Shown here: in pieces, positions 37,301 through 49,400 of the stretch | How positions within the stretch are numbered: position 1 is the first letter of the stretch | Layout: each line of letters starts with the position of its first letter | Assembly: GCA_964188305.1 (NCBI GenBank) | Contig: OZ076886.1 | Direction: 5' to 3' (one strand) | Length of the DNA stretch: 64,000 nt | Origin: Podarcis bocagei | Lineage: Eukaryota | Position numbers and translations under genes: made by a program | The notes under the pieces: generated by a model | The model's input: only the letters and a program-made list of their open reading frames with translations | Told to the model about the DNA's origin: nothing | Database searches by the model: none

Positions 37301-40300
37301 TACCTTTATTCATCTCTGGTGGGAATGCCCACTGGTTTCTAAATTTTGGACTAACATTTATAGGGAGAGTCCAATATATGTGAAAGTATTATTGTAATGG
37401 CCCCACCAAGTTTCTCAGTTAAATCTCTAGGATGGCTGCTTCTGTAATTCATGCTCAAAAGACCTGCAATCAGAATCTTAATAACACAATGGTGAAAAAA
37501 CACCATTTGATACAAATGTATGAGGACAAACAGCCATTTCAGAGATTACCCACTATTTAAAGGTCTCTAATGGCTCAGAAGACCCTGAAAATTATATGCT
37601 ATGTGGAAGGACTTTATTTCTTATACTCTTAGTACTGGTGCACAAAGTTGGCTGCCTGCACTGATGAGGGAAATCTGGTTGTCTTGATGCACCCTTTTCC
37701 TGAACAACCAAAGTATGATGTGAAGCTTACTTTTATATTATATTCCTGTAATCATTGGTTTCTTACAGTTAAAATAAAGGTTTTTTTTAATGTTTCAATA
37801 TTGGCAAACTAAGGTGCAATGAAAAGAAGACAAGACAGGAGGCTTCAGTGACTTGCTCTTACCATTATCAGAGTCAGAGTTGTCAGAGCCATCAGTTTTT
37901 GCTGCCTTACTGTCAGGCTCATCAGAACTGTTAGCCTGTTTTCGTTTATTAGCAGAAGGCTCATTCTTTATTCTTTTTTTCTATGAATTGAAAGAAAAGA
38001 CTGTTTTTACTCACACGCACAGTCTAAAAGTTCTCTTATCACCAACCAAGAAATGTTCATTCATTCACATTTTAAGTTCTACACTCAAGAAAACTCATTT
38101 CAACAGGTACAGACATGCACACCTAAGACCTGACCTATTTTATACGAAACGAATGAATGAATCCCAGGTCACACTTCCTAGATATGACTAAAATCCAGTG
38201 ATTAATCTTTTCGGTGCTAAGGCAGCATACTGAAGACAATGAGATTCCTAAAGAACAGCTTAAAATAAAGATGTGCCAAGCAGATGTAAGAGACAGAGAA
38301 GAAAAATGTCCCCTATAATAAAACAGTTTAAATTACAAAACAGACTCCTTTGCACTCAGTTCTAGGCAGTTCTCTTGCTGGGCAATGTCCCTAAAAATGG
38401 GGCAGAAAACAGGTGGGAGAAGATCACATAGGTACTTACTTTAAAATCTGCATCCCACATTTTCCAGTTTCTCCTCATTCGTTGTTTCATGCCGCCTCCT
38501 CCAAAGCGCATGTTGCCAGAGAAACTTCGCATTCCCTGGAACATGTTGTATTCAGGGAATAGTTTGTGGGAGAAAAGGGATGGGGGCCTATTGGGGCCAT
38601 GGCCCCGTCCTCCCATTGGCACTGGCGGTTCATTCCACTGTCCGCCCATGCGCCCAGAATATGCAGAAGCCATGGGTCTGTTATTTCGCCTGTCTCTGGC
38701 CCAGTTCTGACCCCGGTGGCCAAAGTTGTCACGTGCTCTGTTGTGGTACTGGTCCCTGCGGTTCCCATAGGAGTTGTCATAGTGGCCTTCATAGGCATTG
38801 TCGGTGTCATGTTCAGCTTCACTGTAATCATAGCCGGATCTGTACAGATCACGGTCGTTTAGTGAAGGCCTTGAGTCGTAGGACTCATATGTATCATACC
38901 TGCAAGAATTGCACAGCAAGCAAGGAATCTAATCAGTAGCATATAGAGCACCATGTTAAAGTGTCTGCCAAAAATGGCAGTAAAACAGGTCACATTAAAG
39001 GAAACAACCTCTCATAAGTGTTTTAGAGTCAAGGTAATAACAAAGCTCAACTGAGGTTTTAACTCAGTATGAGAATTATTCCCTTGGGCATTATAGCAGT
39101 GGGGAAGGACATAGAGGGGGCAATCAGCATAAGGCTACATATAATTCTTGTTCTGTTTAGCCTCAGTCAATCATAGAAAGAGCATAGCACTCTGATCAGA
39201 TTGACAAACATATCTTCAATTTGGAGGAGTCACACAAATTCTTAATTTTTCCCTTTTACTGGTTTCACACTCCAATCACTTCAGGTGTTCAGCTATGCAA
39301 AACAAGTGAAGTCACTGGATGCAAGGTCGGTTCCCACAAATTATTAGCAGTTTGGAAAATAAAGTGGTTTTAGTAAGAAGAAAAGAAAGCAGAAATCATC
39401 TATATACTAAGAGATGCTTATACATGACATTTTGCCTGCAGGAAAGCTCAGTGCAGGCAAAATATGTGAGTACACCTTACAATTCCATTTTCTATGCTCA
39501 CAATAATGAGTGGCTGAGACAAACAAGTTGACTTGTTTCTATAAAGGAGAGCTTTGAACCAGCACAATTTCACAAGAAAGTTCCATAAGCTGCAGAAGAA
39601 CTTTAAATTTAAGCTACATACTCTGCATGTAAAACAGTACAGAGGCTCTGAGACAAAGATGCAGTTGAATGCCAAAATCCACATTATTCCTGAAAGCATG
39701 TTGTTTCAATTGCTATGGCAGACCAAAACAAAGTCATGTTGCACTTAATAAACCAGTACTAGGCACAAGTGCAAAAATCAACGGTCAAGCTTTGTATCAA
39801 GGATCTGAAAGCAAGGACATGGAAAGGAAACAATGGCTGAGGAGGAGACTTTAAAAACTAACTCTGAAGGAAAAGTGTCATTCTAAAAGCTATCAGGGTA
39901 AGCTCAAATATTCCATCTATCAACCCAAAGCTCTTGTGCCAATTTATAACATAGCACTACTCACTGTTGTAACTGAGCCTTCTATGAAATTGTTTTCCAA
40001 AATATAAATCTATTTCAGTTTCCTGCTATTTAGTCTCTAATGCTCACCTAGGCTCTCAAGTGAGAATTAACAGTGCTGGGTTAATATTCACCTAGTATGA
40101 TAGAACTGAAAATAAGGAGATGCATCACACTGGCTTCCAAATGTGCACAGGGTTGCAACTTCAGCAGAGCCTGACAACCTGAGTCAGTATCTGCAAAGGG
40201 GAGATTAAACTTTTATACTCTTCCAGCACATGAAATCTGTAGTTTAAACAAAGAAATACTATTTGGCAAAACTATCTACAACAATTACCTTTCTTAGGCA

Positions 40301-43300
40301 AGAGATGCTGTTTTAATGAGTGGAAATAGAGAGCATACACTACCAAAACCACATTTGATACTATGTAATCCCTTAAGGATTTCTGTAAATCTCCTGCATC
40401 TTCTATTTTTATGAAAATGTCATAAATTAAAAACTGACACAATATCAGTAAGATAAATATTAAGGAGAAGTGAAGGTATTTTAAAATAAAAAATATTAAC
40501 ATGCTCTATGATACTGTAAGCTACTTTTAGAACCTGGTAAACAAACAGTGACAACACAGAGAAAAGCAATACAGAATGCTATGCATAATTTACCCATTAC
40601 AGTTAAACTACTATGCTTTGATTCCACTAAGCTGCATGAATGTACACAAAACAGGTTATAATACAGTGGCCCCTTGACACCTTTCCCAGAGGGAATGACA
40701 CATACAATTTATTTAGGCATAGTTCATTCACCTGACCTCTAGAAATGCATCCATGAAACAGGACTGTCAACCAATAAAACCCTAAATATAGCCATTCTAG
40801 TAAAGTGCACCAACTGTCTGGGAATCAATGTCTCTAAAACTGTTAAAATCTCAGGTAGAAATGTGAAGCAAATACTTCTGACATCTTTTTATACCATATA
40901 TCCAACTTAACAGCAATAAGCACTAATCACTTCAACAATCCAAAGTAAACTTCCTTATGTATGAACAATAACTTAAGCAATTTATTAATGACTTCTAGGG
41001 ATGAGAAATATACTGAGGAAAGATTCTACAGAATACTCTATTTACTTATTTTCTGCTTCAGTTGGCTGAAGCAAAATCTTAAGTTATGCTAACCAACTAA
41101 ACACATATCCCATTAATGTTGATGGTACCTGACATACACTCTGTGAAAATAGTGACCTATCCAAAACTATATGAGGTTTCTAAAACCTGATATTCTTTCA
41201 GAATATTTCATTACAATTAATTTATCAACTGTTACAGTATTAACAAACTTTTCTCACTAAAAGATGTGTACAGTGGTACCTCAGGTTAATAACTTAGTCT
41301 GTTCTGGAGGTCCTTTCTTAACCTGAAACTGTTCTTAACCTGAGGTACCACTTTAGCTAATGGGGCCTCCTGCTGCTGCCACGGTGCAATTTACATTCTC
41401 ATCCTGAAGCAAAGTTCTTAACCTGAGGTACTATTTCTGGGTTAGTGGAGTCTGTACCCTGAAACGTCTGTAACCCGAGGTACCACTGTACAAGCACCTT
41501 ATTTTCAAAGCTAAGGCAGAGGAAGTACAACTTGGCTAATTCTGTCTCCTCCCCACCCCCCAGCTCTGTAAGCAACAGCAAAGATATGAAGCAAAGAGCA
41601 ATACTATCAGTCGGAGAACAAAGGGAACAGCTCTTAGGCAACAGCACATTAGATCAACATGTCTTTCAGAAACTGCCCTGATCTATAACTATTACTGAAC
41701 CTTTTCACCTTTGTCTCTACACTCACCTGTCTCCACCTGAGCCATAATGTCCTCCTTGCATCGTGTCAGTTTCTAGATGAGACACCATATCTAAGCGCTT
41801 GTTAAATTTTGTTATTACATCAGCACTGGTGCCAGTGGATGCGTTATAGTTCATGTCTGTATCTGAATTAGGCATTTCCCAAGAGTTTGAAGTGGCCATA
41901 CCATACCCATAATTGCCAGAGTTATCCTGACTGTATCCATATCCATAATTATAGTCCTCGTAACCTGAAATGAGAAGCAGTCACTGAATTTTTTGGTAAG
42001 CATAGATTGCCTGCCATACATAAGCATCTAATGCAAGATTATCACCGTCAAGAATGCTCCTCTTCAGGATATAGCTGTGTCTAAAATGTCTGGACAAACA
42101 TTTTCTGTAACTCCTACCAAATATTAATCTTCTTACCTATGGAAAAAGTACATAGCAAATTTCCTGCTAAAGTCAACCTTCATTTTTATCTCATCTGCAA
42201 AAGGGCTCAGCTGCTACAGCATTGGTATTACCTCCAACTATAGCACCATTAACAATACGATCAGGTGCATCCTGATTGCTGGAGGGGCCCAAGGTGGCAG
42301 CTTCCATGAACAGCACATCTTACCTTGGATAATGATCCACCTCTCTTTAGGACGGGGGAAGGGAGAGTTTTCAGGAGAGACACTCAGCTCCTACCCCAGC
42401 ATCTACAATTATTCATTTACATAAGAAATCTGCTGAATTTGTGGCTAGCCAATAAAATATTCTCAAATCACTTAAAAAATTCTAGCAAGTGGCACAACAG
42501 TGTCAATAAGAAGAGAACCTAATTGCAAGACACCATATTTCATCTTCACACAATACTGTAAGGACACAAATTTAGTACTAAAACCGATTAAGGGTGGAAA
42601 TGAAAATTCATCACATCCAGTAAAATAAAGTTATTCAAGCTAATAGTACTGACTACTTATAATTTATTTCATTTATGAATTGCTTCCCATCAGGCATCCC
42701 AAAGCCATTTACAATAGTAATTGGACTGCAGAATACAATGCAGAACTGGATCCCCAGCATACCTTCCATGATTTATATACTCCATTGTTACTGTCTCCAT
42801 GCCCACACTTCATAATTTGAAACTAACACTGCATCCTATACATGTTTACTGGAAATCGTCCCGTTCTGTTCCAAGGGGTTGAATTCCTGCTGTTTATATA
42901 ATTATAGCTTAACAGTGTGATCCTAAATATGGTTATTTGGAAGTAATCTCATTTAATTTAGTGGGGCGTACTCCCCCCAAACTCTATATAGTATTGCAGC
43001 TGAACTTCCCATGAAAGTTCATGATGCTTTGTTATTCTTTGAACATTTGGAAAAGAGCTAGCAAGCAAGCAGAATTCAGCTATAATGCTATGCACATTTC
43101 TTGTGATAAATCTCAATGAAGTAATTGGGCTATTTCTGAGTTAACATGAATATGATTATTAGCATGTGGGAGGTGGAAGGAGATAAATTAATGCCCAAAT
43201 TAAACATACAGATGATCAAATATCAGCCATAAGTAAGAATCTGCAGTAGTGTCACTGACAGGGCTAGCAAGTGTAACATAAACTCTGACTTAACAATATT

Positions 43301-46300
43301 GATGGATAAAAGGAGCACGAGTGCCAGAAGATATTAAAAGGAGGAAATACATCAAAACTGTGAAAACCGTTACATTTCAACATTAGTTCTGAATTTACTT
43401 TTTGATTTAACTGTTATGCATATGGGCAGTCAATTAAGATTTTATGGTACTTGCCTCTATTTGTGCCAGAGTTCCAGTTTCCATAACCTAGAAAGAAGAT
43501 ACCCCCCGAAGGTAAGAAATCATGTTAGTTTTAAGGTTATTATCAATCTATCCAAAGTACTATTCAAAATACTAAGCAGACCTGGCATGAATATTCATTG
43601 AATGACAGTTAAATCACAAGAAAAAAGTTTAACAAAAATTGACCTAACTTCATTTCATTTGACAGCTTGTAATTGACATTTTTTTGATCTGTGGACAGAT
43701 GGAATGTGCTATCTTCACTGCCCATGGTCTAACCTGCAGTCTACAATATTATTTTGTAGAACCCTTTCATCTGGTGTGTACTCTTGTTGCTAATAACGAT
43801 AGGCTAACCTTGAGTTACACAGACTTAAACAACTATGGCAAGCACTGCCACTTAAAGGAAATCCCAGGCTATGTTTATAGACAGCATGGGGGGGTAGGAA
43901 AGGGTGGTATGGTATTTTGAGATAGCAGAATCCTAAGAATCCAGCACTTCTGAAGGTTCAAGAAGCATCCAAACAAAGTTCGTATACCTTAGCAATACAA
44001 AGCAAAAACATTACAAAGCTACTGAGACCTATCAGCCTGCAACATCTTGTGAATGTATCCCACTAGTAACCTATGGCATCTCATTTTTCAATTTATAGTT
44101 TATTAAATTAAAAAAACTATCAATTAATAAAAGGTTGTTTAAGCCATTTCAAATGCACATTTTTCATCCCTCAGCCTCCTGTCAACATTGCCCTCAGTAT
44201 TCCAACTTTATCTAAAAGTTTCTCTTTCATTTCTGTCATGAATCTCTTATACATTCTACAGCACACATATACTCATGTGCATGAAAATTCTCAAACTGGC
44301 ACAACACTAGGATAATTGTTTTTAATTACTTTATTGTAGTCTGATAAAAGTAAGGCTCAGACAGAATTACTTAGCATTCATAATGACATTGCTGAAAATA
44401 TATATCAATATCCCCTTCAGACCTTCTTCACCTGCCCAAATGGTGGGGACTACTACACAGACAAAAATAGGCTCAAAGATAATGTCATGAATCAATCCTG
44501 TTTAAATCAATAGCATAAGGATTACAAGTTCAACTGCATCCAGTGAAATCTCCATTTCAAAGCACTCTGACCAGAAGTAAATAAGAAAAGGATTACAGTG
44601 GTGCCCCGCAAGACGAATGCCTCGCAAGACGGAAAACCCGCTAGACGAAAGGGTTTTCCGTTTTTGAGCTGCTTTGCAAGATGAATTTCCCTATGGGCTT
44701 GCTTCGCAAGACGAAAACGTCTTGCGAGTGTTCCGATTTTTCCCCGCTTCCCCCCTTTTTCTAAGCCGCTAATAGCCTTTTAGCCGCTAAGCCTTTAATA
44801 GCCGCTAATCCGCTAAACCGCTAATAGCGCTAATCTGATAATAGGGTTGCTTCGCAAGACGAAAAAACCGCTAGACGAAGAGACTCGCGGAACGGATTAT
44901 TTTCGTCTTGCGAGGCACCACTGTATTGCTAATTTACATTAGCTTTGAATATTAGGGAGTGAGTAATCATTTGTAGGCCAGTATATATGCAACGTACAAC
45001 TATAGTTTAGAGATCAGAAGTAGGCCACAGGATCACATGCTCCTTGTCTCTCCCATCTCACACATCATCCCTTCTCTACCCTCATTTATTTTGTGTAACT
45101 GTTACTAAGGGAGCGCCTAAGCATTATTTCCTTGGAACATCCATTAGCAGAATCACTAACAATCACATAATAGTGAACCATGGTAAAAGGGGATAATAGG
45201 GAATTCCCGCAGAAGGTGTGAAGGAGCACATAAACAGACACCCTCTTCTCCATAAACCAAGACTATAAATGACAATGCACTGACCTTGAAGCAGCAATAA
45301 CTACTATTTAGGTACTAATTCAGAACTCTGCTGCTTAAGGCCTTTTAACTCCAACACTACCCTTCTAAAAGGAATCAAAGTCCACAAGGAGCAAAGAGCT
45401 ACAACAGCTAGCTGTAAAGCATGTATCACTGCTACAATCTCCTATAAAGAGGTTGAACTAGTACCAGAACAGTAGTCCTCTGAAACCTAGCACACAGTCC
45501 TTTTGCTAAAGATGAAAAATACACCAATTCTGAACAACTAGATTTGTATAATTAATCAAAAATATATTTACTGAAAGATGAATTAGACCTTAAGGGACCT
45601 GCGCTTCTCCAGAAGACACAGCAATATTGTGAGGCACAAGAACTTTTGTAGCCATTTAGCGGACACAGAATACAACTCCTATAGTCAGCGGCGTAGCGTG
45701 GGTTATCAGCACCCGGGGCAAGGCAAGTAATTTGCGCCCCCAAACCCCTAACCATGGTCATTAATACTGACGGCTCTACTCTGGGGCAAACGTCGTGGTG
45801 ACTACTGCCCTCCGTGGTGTTGTTTTTGCAATTAAAGGACCCCTGCCTCAAATAAAGCATCTTGGGGATTGGGGACTGGGATTTGCCAAGGGAGCTGGAA
45901 ATTGCAGTTCAGTGGCGGGTCAGGGGGAGAGGGTCCCTTCCGCGTCTGGGTGCCGCGGGCCCCTTTGCGTCAAGACGCGCATCTTTGGGCGTCGCGGCGC
46001 AGCCTTCTCAGTCCCCCTCCCCGGCCCGGCTAGTCCCGACGCGGCTTCTTTCTGGCGCGGGGAGGGGGCTTCTTTCTGGCGCGGGGAGGGGGCGGCTCTG
46101 GGGCCAGTGCGTCGGCCGGCCTCCGGCGCGGGTGAGGGGGGGCCCCGTCAGGGCGGGTGGGCGGTCTTGGCGCGCAGGCACTAGAGCGCCGCAGATGGTG
46201 CGTTTGGCGAGCTGCGCGCGTCCAGACAGCGACCCGAGCCTGGGCGGCGTGGCGCTTGGTGCCGGAGCCTCCGCCCGCAGCGCCCCGTCGGGAGACCCGG

Positions 46301-48668
46301 CCGGAAGGAGCCTCGAGCCGGCTGTCGGACGCGGTTGAAGCAGCCAGGGCGGCATGGCAGGCGGCGTGCACCCCCCACGCTACGCCACTGCTCTCTGCCC
46401 CACCGCCAGGCTTCGGAGCAGCCTTCCGAAGGCTGGCGGCGGGAGGAGGTCTCTCCACCTGGACAGTGGGGTTCCTGCTTCCTCAAGGGGGGCCGGCCAA
46501 ACGCGCCCCCCCCCAATGTTGCGCCCGGTGCGGCTGGCACCCCTGGCACCCCCCACGCTACGCCACTGCCTATAGTACATCAGAATCAGTACAAGTAACT
46601 TGTATAGCCACTACAAACGGCCACTAACAGTGCACATCTCAGAAGTAAACCTATTGAGTTCAATGGGCTTTACTTGATGTATGTGATTGTGGCTCAGCAT
46701 TTTTGCCCACAATCTTAATTTGTTCAAGTAAGGGGATGACTGCTTTTACTCAGGAGCACTCTGTTCACAGTGAGAAACACACTACATATGCTTTCACCCA
46801 TTTGTATTCCTGGTGTTCAATTCCTGGTGCAAAGTAAGCCCGGCACCTTGCTCACTAATAAATTTTTCCATTTAACTATCATAACCCATTTGAAATCAAA
46901 ACAGGAGTGATTAACTCCTCAGATAACCATCAAATTAGGCATATCATTAAAATCTAAAGTATCTTTATTTCAGAACAAAGATAATGTGTCAAAACTTCAC
47001 AGAAATATAGTATTACAGTATTTCCAGTACTGCTATTTCACTAGCACAGTAGACTTCTGCTTGCACACCAGAACTTCCCCCTCCTCTCCCCTGCAATCCC
47101 CCCACCCTCAGAATCTCCTCCAGAGGATGCTCCAGAGTAGATTTTGAAGATGTGGAGGCAGAGGAAGTCCCATTGTGCAAGTAGAACTCCAGACATGCAG
47201 CTGGACAGAACCCATGCTTCTCACATTCCAGTATCAAGTCCCTACTCAAACATTTGAAGCCAAAAATATGACTAATTGAGGTTAGAAAAATATTGATCAG
47301 GGAAATGTTGGTCTCCCAGAGTGAGAGGCTGGGAGGAGAAAGGAAAGATCTCAGGTGAGAACTGGGAGAAGCTACTATCTTATGTGGGTGGTAAGGGTTA
47401 AGAACTACCGGTACCTTTAAGAGAGAACTCCATACTCTATTTTTACCTTTACCTTTGATAAAATTAATGTCTGAGAAAAATATTGACCATGGTACATGCT
47501 GAAGGAATGAATACCACCTGCATGACTGTCACATATGGGACTTAGCAAGTGATCCATTGAAGAATTTATATCACTTCTAAGTGCACCAAAGCTGTCCAAA
47601 GCAGCCAGCAAACTGTTTGGGTTTGTTTTTTTAAGTTTTCAGACAAAAATGAGTTTTTTAAGTTTTCTGACAAAAATCAGTCAGGTTTGTCTTCAGTATG
47701 CACTAACATGCACTGGGGCACAGGTGCCAGACTATTTTAATTGCATATAATTCCATCTGTAGCTGGGCAACCATACTGATAATGAAGAGACTACCTCATA
47801 TTTTATGAAATAGATTTGGTTCCACACTTACATAACCAAAGGGCTAGAAAGGCAAATGTTGACACCGCAAGTTCAGATAACCGTATAACATTGCGCATGC
47901 ATAAACCTAAACGAATAGCGGGCAGCTAGGATTCAAGTGGACATGCCACGTTCGCGTTTTTATTTTATTTTATTTAGAAAGCAACTCCTCTTTGGCAAAT
48001 AGCCTTTCTAAATCCCAAAGTGGTGGTTCAGCAGGGGGGAAACAATGGCAGTTATTCCAAGGGAAGCCATAACCGATCGGACACGGGGGAAGGTTCCCCC
48101 CCCTTTTTCCCCTTCCTGCGCCACCTTCCCACACCCACTCCTATTATAACCGCTCGCAGATACCAAGCAGTGGGGTGCGCGTGTGCAAAGACGGCAGAGA
48201 CGCAAAGATTCATCCCTCCTTCCTTCCCTCCCACCCCGATTCTGAGGCGGCGGGCGCAGAGGAGGAATGCTGACATTCACCTTTCCCCGATCCCATTCGC
48301 ACAACGAGGGGCGGGCGGCTGAGGAGGGCGGCGCACCCTGCGCGCACAGCCTGAAACCGTCCAAGAACCTCCCCGCCCCCCACGCGCCATTTCTTTATTT
48401 GGCGGGAGCAACGGGAAAACGACGCCTGGCAAACACCTCAGCAACCCACCCCCGCGGGGAACGGGGGTCACCACAGCGTTGCCAGGAGAGAAGGGAAAGG
48501 TAGCGCTGCTGACCCCACCCCCGAGATGTTGACATAGGGCCGGGCCCTGCGCTCCCTTTGGCCCACTCGCGGTGGGTGGGAGGAACCCGCCCCCCCCCTC
48601 ACGCCCCACAGGCGGCCGCCCTCTCTCCCCCCCTCACCCGGCCCCCGACGCTCACCTGAATAGCTCAT
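27965..48668 (-). CDS. AKAP8L: A-kinase anchor protein 8-like (HA95/HAP95), complete gene, 13 coding exons found, ~634 aa
   Basis: complement join(48656-48668,43455-43487,41727-41964,38440-38899,37863-37980,36985-37028,35532-35586,33290-33398,32718-32859,32227-32332,31127-31257,30033-30128,27965-28324) = 1905 nt in frame. [26 protein letters not shown] start; two AKAP95-type zinc fingers. Confidence 0.95.
29308..29506. mobile_element. Tc1/mariner-type MITE, subfamily B-related
   Basis: TA|CAGTTGTACCTCTTGTTAC...GTAACTAGAGGTACCACTG|TA. Confidence 0.85.
29820..29935. repeat. Degenerate palindromic interspersed repeat
   Basis: Core GAGCAGATTTCAG..GTGCATGG.GGCTGCAG shared with copies near 19400-19520, 25460-25540 and 47070-47175. 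Confidence 0.55.
30033..30128 (-). CDS. AKAP8L: AKAP8L exon 12
   Basis: [32 protein letters not shown]. Confidence 0.95.
31127..31257 (-). CDS. AKAP8L: AKAP8L exon 11 (zinc finger 2)
   Basis: [44 protein letters not shown]. Confidence 0.96.
31462..31559. repeat. Perfect 49-bp tandem duplication
   Basis: ATAACAAGAATACAAAGCTGAAAATTAATAAACTACAGCTAAAATCTTA x2. Confidence 0.95.
32227..32332 (-). CDS. AKAP8L: AKAP8L exon 10
   Basis: [35 protein letters not shown]. Confidence 0.93.
32718..32859 (-). CDS. AKAP8L: AKAP8L exon 9 (zinc finger 1)
   Basis: [31 protein letters not shown]...ADFLQ. Confidence 0.96.
33290..33398 (-). CDS. AKAP8L: AKAP8L exon 8
   Basis: [37 protein letters not shown]. Confidence 0.93.
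34230..34427. mobile_element. Tc1/mariner-type MITE, subfamily B (inverted relative to 24458)
   Basis: TA|CAGTGGACGCTCGGG...AGGTATGACTG|TA. Confidence 0.85.
35225..35455 (-). mobile_element. 231-bp truncated retro-insertion (LINE 3' UTR-like)
   Basis: 18-bp TSD CAATATTCCACACATCTT at 35207-35224 and 35456-35473; T-rich body and AATAAA near its 3' end on the minus strand. Confidence 0.75.
35532..35586 (-). CDS. AKAP8L: AKAP8L exon 7 (55 nt)
   Basis: TTTTAG|[18 protein letters not shown]|GTAAGT. Confidence 0.87.
36985..37028 (-). CDS. AKAP8L: AKAP8L exon 6 (44 nt)
   Basis: TTTCAG|[15 protein letters not shown]|GTGAGT. Confidence 0.87.
37083..37166. repeat. Short hairpin-type interspersed repeat (~85 bp)
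   Basis: TGCAACCCTAT...ATAGGGTTGCA ends; decayed relatives clustered at 42829-43160 and near 46630. Confidence 0.55.
37863..37980 (-). CDS. AKAP8L: AKAP8L exon 5
   Basis: CATAG|[39 protein letters not shown]|GTAAGA. Confidence 0.9.
38440..38899 (-). CDS. AKAP8L: AKAP8L exon 4
   Basis: [11 protein letters not shown]...[11 protein letters not shown]...[17 protein letters not shown]|GTAAGT; ORF 38362-38919. Confidence 0.95.
41271..41488. mobile_element. Tc1/mariner-type MITE, subfamily A
   Basis: TA|CAGTGGTACCTCAGGTTA...TAACCCGAGGTACCACTG|TA. Confidence 0.88.
41727..41964 (-). CDS. AKAP8L: AKAP8L exon 3 (YG-rich)
   Basis: [32 protein letters not shown]...[12 protein letters not shown]...|GTGAGT. 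Confidence 0.94.
43455..43487 (-). CDS. AKAP8L: AKAP8L exon 2 (33 nt, GC donor)
   Basis: TTTCTAG|[13 protein letters not shown]|GCAAGT. Confidence 0.85.
44596..44923. mobile_element. Tc1/mariner-type MITE, subfamily C
   Basis: TA|CAGTGGTGCCCCGCAAGACGAA...TTCGTCTTGCGAGGCACCACTG|TA; internal GCAAGACG and CCGCTAA repeats. Confidence 0.88.
45686..46568. mobile_element. Non-autonomous hAT element, GC/CpG-rich (883 bp)
   Basis: TIR CAGCGGCGTAGCGTGGG / CCCACGCTACGCCACTG, perfect 8-bp TSD CCTATAGT (45678-85, 46569-76); no transposase ORF. Confidence 0.9.
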
Positions 48669-49400
48669 GATGGCGGTGGAGGCTCCACTACAAAACCACA
48701 CTCCTCACACCCGTTACCTCCTGCGCCAGACGGCAACGGCAGCTCGCTAGCCCCGCCTCCCGACACTGTTGGCCGCGCTCGCTCACCTAGCCGGTAAGCC
48801 ATTGGCGGTAACGGCGGTTAGTCCCGCCCCTCTCGCACGCTATTGGGAACAGAGGCCTGGAGCCCTCGTATTTCATTAGAGGCGGGAGGCATCGATCAGA
48901 ACCACTTCGGTTAACCTATAAGGCAATTGCGGATGCCAATCATGTTCCGTCAGCGAATAACAGCACCGGCTAGAGATTTCCAAGAGGTCATTGGGTCTAA
49001 GCGGTTATCACTCATGAGGAGCGGCGCAACGGCGGGCACTAATTTGTACTCGTTGTCCCCAAGTATGCAGCGCGTCCGCTTTCTCTTGTTGCGCACCTTT
49101 CAGGAGGCGGGACCAACCAGCTGCTCCTATTGGTCAGAGAGAGAGAAGCTTAGTTCGTCTCTATCTCGCGGGGGAGGGGGGTGACTGAGGGCGGGGGAAT
49201 AATCAACGAGATAAACTGGAAGGAATTCAACTTCTTCCGAATCTGACGGGCTACGGAAGCTCAGGAGGCACAACGACTACCATTTTGCAGCGCCTTGTTA
49301 TTAATAGTCTCCCCTCCCCACGTCTTCAAGCTGCGGCATCGGAATTTAAATACCGAGGGGGCAGGACAGCTCGAGTGTCAGTTGCCTGAACTGCTATGGC
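48050..49400 (-). promoter_or_regulatory. AKAP8L CpG-island promoter
   Basis: CpG-rich around exon 1; GC boxes near 48751 and 48822; several CCAAT/ATTGG boxes between 48800 and 49135; CGGAAG near 49255. Confidence 0.8.
48656..48668 (-). CDS. AKAP8L: AKAP8L exon 1 (coding part, MSYS)
   Basis: CCGCCATC ATG AGC TAT TCA G|GTGAGC in CpG island. Confidence 0.9.

Noticed and set aside
45686-46568. CpG island suggesting the promoter of a hidden gene
   Set aside because: It is bounded exactly by TIRs and an 8-bp TSD, so it is a transposon insertion.
45795-46627. Cluster of overlapping 66-158 aa ORFs on both strands
   Set aside because: They lie within the GC-rich hAT element, where stop codons are scarce; no recognisable domain or transposase motif.
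47518-47666. Possible AKAP8L exon 2 (SPICDSHAG resembles human QPTCDYG, with a phase-1 donor)
   Set aside because: Every nearby AG acceptor gives the wrong frame or a stop after exon 1; the resemblance is too short.
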